Source: an uncultured Deferribacteres bacterium (lineage in GTDB: Bacteria > Zhuqueibacterota > Zhuqueibacteria > Zhuqueibacterales > Geothermadaptataceae). Taken from it: a stretch of DNA of 35,511 bases. This document shows positions 28,247 through 35,300 of this stretch, piece after piece (within the stretch, counting starts at the first letter, position 1; each line of letters opens with the position of its first letter). The DNA lies in the NCBI GenBank assembly GCA_964014485.1, contig CAXHAT010000074.1:1-35511 (forward strand), in the 5' to 3' direction. Under the pieces are notes generated by a model. It saw only the letters and a program-made list of their open reading frames with translations. It ran no database searches and was not told where the DNA came from. The position numbers and the translations under genes are program-made.

Positions 28247-28287
28247 AGAGATATTCCATTTTTGAGTTTAACCCGACATTCCGCACG

Positions 28288-28409
28288 TCATTAGCCCCGG
28301 CTTTCAAGCCGGAATTTTGGTAAAATCACACTTTTCTTCTCCCGCCGCGCAAGCGCGGCGGGGAGGGGAAGGACGCTCTCGTCACCGCCCTGAAGGACGG
28401 CGCTAATGA
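28288..28409. repeat. REPIN-like composite palindrome with strong central hairpin (possible terminator for the DGR operon)
   Basis: Inverted 25-nt ends TCATTAGCCCCGGCTTTCAAGCCGG and CCGCCCTGAAGGACGGCGCTAATGA; central CCCGCCGCGC-AA-GCGCGGCGGG at 28341-28362. Confidence 0.65.
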
Positions 28410-28533
28410 GAGAAAGAAATCATTTCCATCTCTAATTTTTGTGTGCGGAATGTCGGTTTAACGGCTTTCGCGCCCGAATACAGGATTTTAGCAATAATGC
28501 CAGGTTTGTTTTCCCGCCCCCTAAATTGCCAAG

Positions 28534-28589
28534 CCCGCTGCGCGGGAAAAATAACCAAATGACTCAAATGATCAAATAGCCAATGATTG
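28534..28589 (-). promoter_or_regulatory. DGR IMH-like tract and hairpin downstream of VR2
   Basis: 25 nt (28565-28589) identical to 32286-32310 and absent from the TR; hairpin CCCGC-GCA-GCGGG at 28534-28546. Confidence 0.75.
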
Positions 28590-30023
28590 TCCGGAACGAA
28601 CAGCGCGGACGAAGACGCTGAAGTCGACAAGATCGCTGCCGCAATAACCGAGGTCGAAACCGACAACCCAGACGTCCGACGCGGCGCGCTTGTCCGCAGT
28701 CCAAATCCACGATTGCGCTTGTTCGAACAGTGGATTGATGTATAAGCCGTGTTCATTCGGCTCCGGTTCCATCAATGACATGGCTTCTTCTAGCGTGGGC
28801 AAGCGCCAGTCGTCGAATCCGGCGAATTCGGCCTGATTCAGGCTGTCGATGTATGCCTGCGCCTGAACAAAAGTCATCCTTTCAGTCGATCCGCCTTGCT
28901 GCCAGGTCAGATTGACGGCTTCGTCAACAATAAGCTGCGCACCCTCGCGCTCGATGAACTTGAATTTGTTCTCGACTCCGGCGCCGCGCGGGTTCCACAA
29001 TCTGTCATAAAAGCCTTTGTTTCGCAGCATCTCCGTAAAAGCGGAAACTTCGGAAATTGTTGTCGGTTCGGATCGCAGCAAAGGTACGCTTGCGTGCGGC
29101 GTTTTATCCTCGGCTTTTCCAAAATCCGGCATGATCGCCACGGCAAGATAAAAAATCGTTACCAGCATCATCGCCATGAAACCGAGCGTGCTCACCGGCT
29201 TTTCGTCAACGTTAAAACGTTTGCGAATAAACCTGAAGGTAAAATTGAGCTTGAGCAATAACTTGACCGCGAGACCAGACACGGCGTAGAGCCAAATCCA
29301 GACCGAGGTAAAAAAAGCCGTGTAAAAGGAAATCGAGAAAAACGGAAACGGCTCGGAGCGGAAGACGTCCACCCAAATGAGAGATTGGCTGGTGAGCGGC
29401 AGCACTTCTTCGAAGTAGACGGAGATCAACGACACGAACGATTGATCCGGCACGAAAAGCATGTCCCAAATCGATCCGTACAAGCCGGTCTTGATAAAAA
29501 TCGGTATGATCACAATCGCGATTAAGCCGGTTATGACGGCGTCGGTGAGAAGAAGAAGCACATGCTTGAAAAAAGACTGCGTGGAGGACATCCACTTGAT
29601 GACGAGACGGGTTTCAAGGAGGGAGAGGTAGTCCGGGATCAGGTTGAGCAGAAGGAGCACAAGCAGCGCGTTGAAAAGATAGCGCGCTTCAAATTCAAAA
29701 GCGCTCAATTCACTCCAACGTACAGCGGCCCAGATGAGAAACATGAGCGTAAAGGAAATTGCCGAGGCCAGACAAGAGCGCCAGAAACATTTCCAGGCGA
29801 GGTGTTTTTTGCCGAACACGGCGTCGAAGGTCTCAGCAAAAGTGCGCGGCCATCCGCCGAGGCTCTCGGGCGTTTTCAGATTTTTGAGCCACCGCGTCAC
29901 AGACTGCTTTGTCTCGGCGTTAAGCACGTCCTCGGCTTTTTCAAAAATACGGTGTATGCCGTAAGAAACGCCCAGCCAGGAGCCGAGGGCGATCAAAAAG
30001 GAAGAATTCAGGAAACCGTCCAT
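28572..30023 (-). CDS. DGR target 2: multi-pass membrane protein with C-terminal DUF1566/Lcl (CLec-fold) domain
   Basis: About 6 hydrophobic segments in the first 300 aa; C-terminal LTWQQGGS...AGFDDWRLPTLEE...WIWTAD...VRAVRSG; 3' end carries VR2. Confidence 0.88.
   Translation of the reverse strand: MDGFLNSSFLIALGSWLGVSYGIHRIFEKAEDVLNAETKQSVTRWLKNLKTPESLGGWPRTFAETFDAVFGKKHLAWKCFWRSCLASAISFTLMFLIWAAVRWSELSAFEFEARYLFNALLVLLLLNLIPDYLSLLETRLVIKWMSSTQSFFKHVLLLLTDAVITGLIAIVIIPIFIKTGLYGSIWDMLFVPDQSFVSLISVYFEEVLPLTSQSLIWVDVFRSEPFPFFSISFYTAFFTSVWIWLYAVSGLAVKLLLKLNFTFRFIRKRFNVDEKPVSTLGFMAMMLVTIFYLAVAIMPDFGKAEDKTPHASVPLLRSEPTTISEVSAFTEMLRNKGFYDRLWNPRGAGVENKFKFIEREGAQLIVDEAVNLTWQQGGSTERMTFVQAQAYIDSLNQAEFAGFDDWRLPTLEEAMSLMEPEPNEHGLYINPLFEQAQSWIWTADKRAASDVWVVGFDLGYCGSDLVDFSVFVRAVRSGQSLAI
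28590..28682 (-). repeat. DGR variable repeat VR2
   Basis: 93-nt ungapped match to the TR (31528-31620) with 18 mismatches, all at TR adenines on the coding strand. Confidence 0.96.
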
Positions 30024-30032
30024 TTATTCGCC

Positions 30033-31568
30033 TTATGGCAAGTCGTCCCAGGGATATTCTACGATCAAATACAGCACCCGTTCTTTTGTTTTGTACCGCT
30101 CGCGTCCGGTTTGGCGGACAATGACTAATGGAACGCGCGATTTCCGCAAACGCTCGGCGATTTTGTCTAAACAACGGGCGGGAAAGCCACAGCCGTATTG
30201 ATAACCGCGCCATTTGGCGTGTAACACAAGCCCCGCCGTTTGCGCCAAAATTTTTGCATCCCGGCCAAACGCTTCATAATAACACCCGATTTCAATAAGC
30301 CGGAGATGTTGGGGAAATTCCTTGCGCAGCCAGGTGATTTGCTGTTTCAATGTTTGTTTTTTGCGCAAGCCCCGGTCGCGGCGAACGAGCCTGCGCGAAG
30401 ATAATCGGTAGAATTTTTCCAGAAAATTGAATTCGCCCCAGAGTTTTTCGAGTAGTTTATGCGTTTGGGCATGTTTGAAATGGCCGAGGTAAGAATTCAT
30501 CGCGGCAAGAAGCGTTGCGAGCGTTTTTTCATGAAAATGATAAACGATGTAATGGCCGCGATTCGCTGCAAGTTTGTCTCGCACTTTTCTCAAACGCGCT
30601 GTTACATGTCCAACTACTCTGCGACGCACCAATAGATAGTGTGACCGAACTATAAACCCTGCAAAATCAACACCGCCTGAGACAGGCGCAATGCGAGAAG
30701 CTTGCTCTCGTAAACTCAACTGGAGGCGCTCTGCAAGGAATGCCGCGATCTTTTCTTTCCAGTCTCGCAATCTCGAAGGATCGAGATCAAGAAGAATGAA
30801 ATCATCAACGTAGCGGAGATAATAGCGGCATTTGAGCTCGTGTTTGACAAATTGATCCAGCGCGTCCAGGTAGACGTTGGCGAAGAATTGACTGGTGAGA
30901 TTACCGATGGGCAGGCCGCATCCCGGTTTTGCATGGAAAAGCGACTTATGCGGCGGCAATTTGAAACGCAGATTTTCACGATCCATCATGCAATAGTCCG
31001 CTGTTGGATCGTGAAAAACGACGATGCGCAGCAACCAGAGCAACTCCGGCGCTAAGGAACGCTGCGTCAGGCGCTCGAACAGCCGCCGCCGGTCGACGGA
31101 CATGAAAAAATTGAGAATGTCGAGCTTAAGATAGAAGGCGCGGCGGGAGCCGTTGCGGGTAATTTTGCGCAAGAAGCCTTGCAATGCAAATGCGGCGGCG
31201 TGCGTTCCCTTGCCGGGGCGGCAGGCGTAGGAGTGGTGAACAAATCTTTTCTCCCAGACCGGTGAGAGTGCATTATAAATCAGGTGGTGGACGATGCGAT
31301 CCCGAAACGCAGCCGCGAAGATTTCCCGGCACTTGGGCTTTTCGGTATAAAAACAGATCGAAGTTGACGGCTTGTAACGACGTTCTCGCAGTTCGTTGAC
31401 GAGCGTGAGCAGGTTCGCTTCCGCATCGATCTCAAACGCCAGCGCGCTTACCGAATTGCGCTTGGTTCTCCGGCAAGCCAGCCAGGCGCGGTACATCCGC
31501 GGGAAAGTAAACAGCGACGGACGATTATCCGGAACGAACAGCGCGGACGTAGTTGTTGTTGTCGACAT
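30033..31568 (-). CDS. DGR reverse transcriptase with C-terminal MutS-domain-I-like fusion
   Basis: FRDRIVHH, YLKLDI..FF.S, GLPIGNLTSQFFAN (DGR-type SQ motif), YLRYVDDF (YVDD at 30801-30812); start uncertain (31697, 31568 or 31496). Confidence 0.95.
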   Translation of the reverse strand: MSTTTTTSALFVPDNRPSLFTFPRMYRAWLACRRTKRNSVSALAFEIDAEANLLTLVNELRERRYKPSTSICFYTEKPKCREIFAAAFRDRIVHHLIYNALSPVWEKRFVHHSYACRPGKGTHAAAFALQGFLRKITRNGSRRAFYLKLDILNFFMSVDRRRLFERLTQRSLAPELLWLLRIVVFHDPTADYCMMDRENLRFKLPPHKSLFHAKPGCGLPIGNLTSQFFANVYLDALDQFVKHELKCRYYLRYVDDFILLDLDPSRLRDWKEKIAAFLAERLQLSLREQASRIAPVSGGVDFAGFIVRSHYLLVRRRVVGHVTARLRKVRDKLAANRGHYIVYHFHEKTLATLLAAMNSYLGHFKHAQTHKLLEKLWGEFNFLEKFYRLSSRRLVRRDRGLRKKQTLKQQITWLRKEFPQHLRLIEIGCYYEAFGRDAKILAQTAGLVLHAKWRGYQYGCGFPARCLDKIAERLRKSRVPLVIVRQTGRERYKTKERVLYLIVEYPWDDLP

Positions 31569-31620
31569 GATTGTTGTTGCAATTACCGTTGTTGAAATTG
31601 ACAACCCAGACGTCCGACGT
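31528..31620 (-). ncRNA. DGR template repeat (TR)
   Basis: AAC/AAT-rich, reads SDVWVVNFNNGNCNNNHVDNNNYVRAVRSG-stop in the VR frame; lies between avd and the RT core; differs from both VRs only at adenines. Confidence 0.96.
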
Positions 31621-31660
31621 TCTTGTCCCGATACTTGTTGGAGCTGTTCCAGCACGTTTG

Positions 31661-31687
31661 CTGGATTCCCGCCTGCGCGAGAATGAC
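31661..31687. repeat. Single REP-like arm inside the avd-TR spacer
   Basis: Minus strand GTCATTCTCGCGCAGGCGGGAATCCAG, same family as the arms at 14260, 25875 and 35443. Confidence 0.75.
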
Positions 31688-31811
31688 ATGGAAGCAACGA
31701 TTTGGAACGGCTCCGCTCGACTGCACCACTCGCGCTTTACGGCAACAGGCGCGTCGGATCAAAGATACCCTGTTTGCAATTGCAACAGGGTGACCGGGAT
31801 GCACAATCATC

Positions 31812-32213
31812 TTATCGGCGCGCTCTCGTTTCCGGCTGAGCGCCGGAAAAAGATTCTGGCCGGTCGCGTTTTTTCATCGTTTTTAGCCAGCCTTCGTTCT
31901 GTTTGCACAGCTCCGCCACCTGATTGATGCTGTGTTGAAAGGAATTGAAGTTGGCAAACGCTTTCAAATCTTTGCACAGGCGGATCGTTATTTTCAAATC
32001 TTCCAGCCTGTCCCGGCAAAGCAGCAGACCGGGCGCCTTGTCTTCGGCGTCATTGGCTTGCCGGATTAGGCGCAAAATTTCACGCGAGATTTGGCGCAAT
32101 TCCGCGCCAACGGTGTATTTGTGATAACGGCTGAAATTGCGCACGATTTTTTCAAAGTAAAGGGTCAGATCATAGGCTTGTTTGTAGATGGGCAAATGTT
32201 CGTACCTTGCCAT
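31812..32213 (-). CDS. avd: DGR accessory variability determinant (four-helix bundle)
   Basis: Basic 133-aa helical protein MARYEHLPIYKQAYDL...FSRYHKYTVGAELR...LCKQNEGWLK; immediately upstream of TR-RT; GGAGAG RBS before ATG 32213. Confidence 0.88.
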   Translation of the reverse strand: MARYEHLPIYKQAYDLTLYFEKIVRNFSRYHKYTVGAELRQISREILRLIRQANDAEDKAPGLLLCRDRLEDLKITIRLCKDLKAFANFNSFQHSINQVAELCKQNEGWLKTMKKRDRPESFSGAQPETRARR

Positions 32214-32252
32214 TGCTCTCTCCGGTTTTGCGCCATATTTCAAATTTTCAAA

Positions 32253-32310
32253 CCCGCTGCGCGGGAATTAAAGAATCAAATAACCCAAATGATCAAATAG
32301 CCAATGATTG
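32253..32310 (-). promoter_or_regulatory. DGR IMH-like tract and hairpin downstream of VR1
   Basis: 25 nt (32286-32310) identical to the tract after VR2; hairpin CCCGC-GCA-GCGGG at 32253-32265. Confidence 0.75.
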
Positions 32311-35300
32311 TCCGGAACGAACAGCGCGGACGTAGTAGTCGCTGACGACACGAACGTAGCTGCAAACACCGAAGTCGAAAAAGACAACCCAGACGACCGA
32401 CGCGTCGCGCTTGTCCGCAGTCCAGATCCAGCTCTGCTTTTGGTCGAATGCCGGATCGATGTACAGATCGCCGTTCTTCTTTTCCGGCTCCATTAGTGTC
32501 ATCGCTTCTTCTAGTGTCGGGAGACGCCAGTCATCAAAACCGGCGACTTTGTCCCGGTTCAGCTTTTCCACATACTCCTCGGCGTTCGTATAATTCATCG
32601 TATCCGATGATCCGCCCTGCTGCCAGGTCAGCCCGCTCGCTAAATCCGACGCCAATTTTTCGCCGTTCGCTTCGAGAGGCATGAGCGCGGTGCTCACACC
32701 TCGCCCTTTCTTGTTCCAGTCCGAGTCGAATAGCCCGACCTCCGCCAACATCGTTTTAACCTGATCAACTGAAAGCGTTTGCGGCTCACTGCGCAGTTTT
32801 GGCGGCTCAACCCCCAACGCCGCCAGCACTTTCGGCAGGCCGTCTGGATTCTTCAACCCGGTACAGCGGTTCAGCTTGAGTTGTTTTAATTTCGGCGTTT
32901 TGGGCAAACTTGCGAGGTCTTTTAACCCGGTAAAGCCGCTCAGGTTCAAGCGTTCGAGCGCAGGCAGTTCGGGCGGCAGGAAGCTTACATCTTTCAAATT
33001 GGCGCATTCACTGAAATCCAACGATGCGAGAGCGCCGAACTGTCGGGCAAAATACGGGAAGACTTCGCGGTGAAAATCCGAATCATCGAGAGAGTCCTTG
33101 AGAATTTCGTCAAAAACCGACGTGCGGGAATCACCGGCGTAGCTTGCCAGAACCGTGCGCGCCGCTTCATCGCCAATCAATTTGAGAGCGTGTACGCAGG
33201 CCGCAGCTTCAGGAATCGTGAGCTGTTCCCGCCAACCCAAATGCGTCGCAGCCAGCGTTCCCGCCGCCGCAATCGCCTTGGCGTCTTCCTTGTTTTTCGG
33301 CGGAATCAGCGTCGTCAAACTTTCGTCCACCGTACCCCGTAGCTCCCGGTCAACAACCACTGCCGTTTCCAGACAGGCGACGGCGAGCAAGTGAAAGTAG
33401 TGTCGCCTCTCGGCGTCCCGGTCTCCAGCTTCTACAAGATTACGAATGATTTTGTCGGCGGCTTTGGGCGCGGCGTGCCCGGCGGCGAGAATCACGACTT
33501 CGCGCCACTGGTCGTCATGCGCATTCTGATGCAAAAAACCCAGGTCGCCTTCGTCAATAATCGCCTTCGCGGCCAAAAACTCCTGAAACGTGCGGTGGGC
33601 GAAATCCATCTCTCCTTCCACTGGCGATTGCAACAGCCCGCTGCGCTCCACCAAAAAAGCGCGAATGTTCTTCGCTTCGTCTTGAATTCCGAGATTCGGG
33701 AGTTGCTTTTCAAAACGCTCATCGGCCTCTTCAAATGAAATCCGCGACCAGCCGTTGCGCATCATCCAAAGCGCCAAATCTTCCAGCAAGGCCCGTTTTC
33801 GGGTGTAGTTGAGTTCAGTGGGCGCGTGCGTCGTGTCCACGCCCACGCTCTGTTCCCTGCCCCGGCGCTCCAGAATCATCTCGCAGCAGGCTTCATAAAG
33901 ACGCAGGCGCTCTGACGGAACATCCTTTTTTCGCTCGCGATGCAAGGCGCAAACGGCGGAGCAGAGCAGCGGATTGGCGGTCAGATTGCGCAATGCCAAT
34001 TTGGTTCTGATTTCGCTTTTCAAGCTTGCTTCCAGATCATCAAGTTCGGCCTTTTCGTCGTCGCGGAACAACTCCTTCTTCACCGCGCGATGCCAGTGCT
34101 CGATGAATCGGGTAATTTGCGTCAAGCCCATCGATTCAAAGGTGAATTCATTGAATCCTTCGCGGGCAAGACGGCCTTCTTCCATGGCGCTGGGTCGCGT
34201 CGTCACCACGAATTTTGTCTTTTGAAATTTCTTATTGCCGACAAGCTCTCTGAGCCATTCATAAACGCGCTCTCTTTGGTCGGGCGGCGTTTCATCCACG
34301 CCATCGATCAGAATGATCGCGCGTCCGGCGGCAAGCAATTCGCGCACCCAGCCTTTCGGCGTCTCTTCAGCGATAGTAGGTAGCAAATGTTCCACAAATT
34401 CCTGAGGCGCGGGCAAGTCGCGGTCGACGAATTTGCGCAAGTAAATGATGAAAGGCACTCTGTCGTTCAACGCGGCAAGCTCGCCCTGAAAGCGGTGCCC
34501 AGCGCACTGCACGGCGACCCATTTCACAAAAGTGGTTTTACCGCTGCCCGCCAATCCGCGCACTACTAAGCGGTCGCCGTAGTTCAAAACGCCGTCCGCG
34601 GCAACGACGAGATTTTCATCGGCTTCTTTTCTTGCGCCGCTTGACATGGAGAGACTAATGTACGCCACCGTCAAGCTGTGACGGCGGCTCCCCTGGCGCG
34701 TGACATCCAGGCCGACGAGCTTGATCTCGTCCAACGTTTCCACCAAGGTCTTACGGTAGTCTTCCTCAAACTGTGCGGCGGCGACTTCAGGATTAACCGC
34801 CTGGCTGCTTTCGCGAATTTTTCGCAGTTCATTGAGAACGCCGTCAACCTTGTGGAGCAGTCGATCTTCGCGCTTCAGCACTTCGGCGAACATATTCTCA
34901 TGAAAACTCGGCAGGCGCGAGGCGATCCCGACAACGTAATGGGCGCATTCCTTGAGCACGCGGTCGCAGAACGATTGCTCGGCTTCGGAAAAAGCGCGCA
35001 TTTTGTCGGCGCTTTCCTGTTGCAGCAAACGGTAAAGCTTGATTGGATCGAGATTGATTTCGGCGAGTTTCGCGGCGTCGATTTTGAGTTGATTCAAGAT
35101 ACCGGCGGCGGTTTCGGCGAGCAGCTTTCTCGTGTCGTCGTCCAGCGCTTGCTGCCGGAACACATGCTCAAGGTTTTTCGCCACTTTTATTGCGACGGCT
35201 TCAAACTGGCTGCGCCCCTGCCGCGCCGCCATGTCGCTGGAAACACGAGATTTCAGCAGATCAATAATTTCTCCGCCGAGTTCTTGTGGTAAACCAGGAT

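Noticed and set aside
27396..28265. 289-aa plus-strand ORF and other long antisense ORFs (e.g. 18265-18882, 34678-35292)
   Set aside because: Shadow frames opposite well-supported genes, with no recognisable motifs.
28403..28756. 117-aa minus-strand ORF resembling the RT N-terminal extension (RRTSGLSVSTSVI...SALFVPDN)
   Set aside because: It is VR2 read in the alternative frame, so the similarity is only the TR/VR repeat.
30033..31697. RT as a group II intron, retron or CRISPR-associated RT
   Set aside because: The GNLTSQ motif, adjacent avd and TR/VR pairs with adenine-only differences identify a DGR. No intron domain V, msr-msd or cas genes were seen.
31583..31810. 75-aa ORF between avd and the TR
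   Set aside because: It runs through hairpins, a REP arm and the TR, with no recognisable motif. More likely non-coding leader.
28565..32420. The three ~100-bp repeats as a CRISPR array or simple duplication
   Set aside because: They are dispersed, two are coding, and the mismatches are confined to TR adenines.
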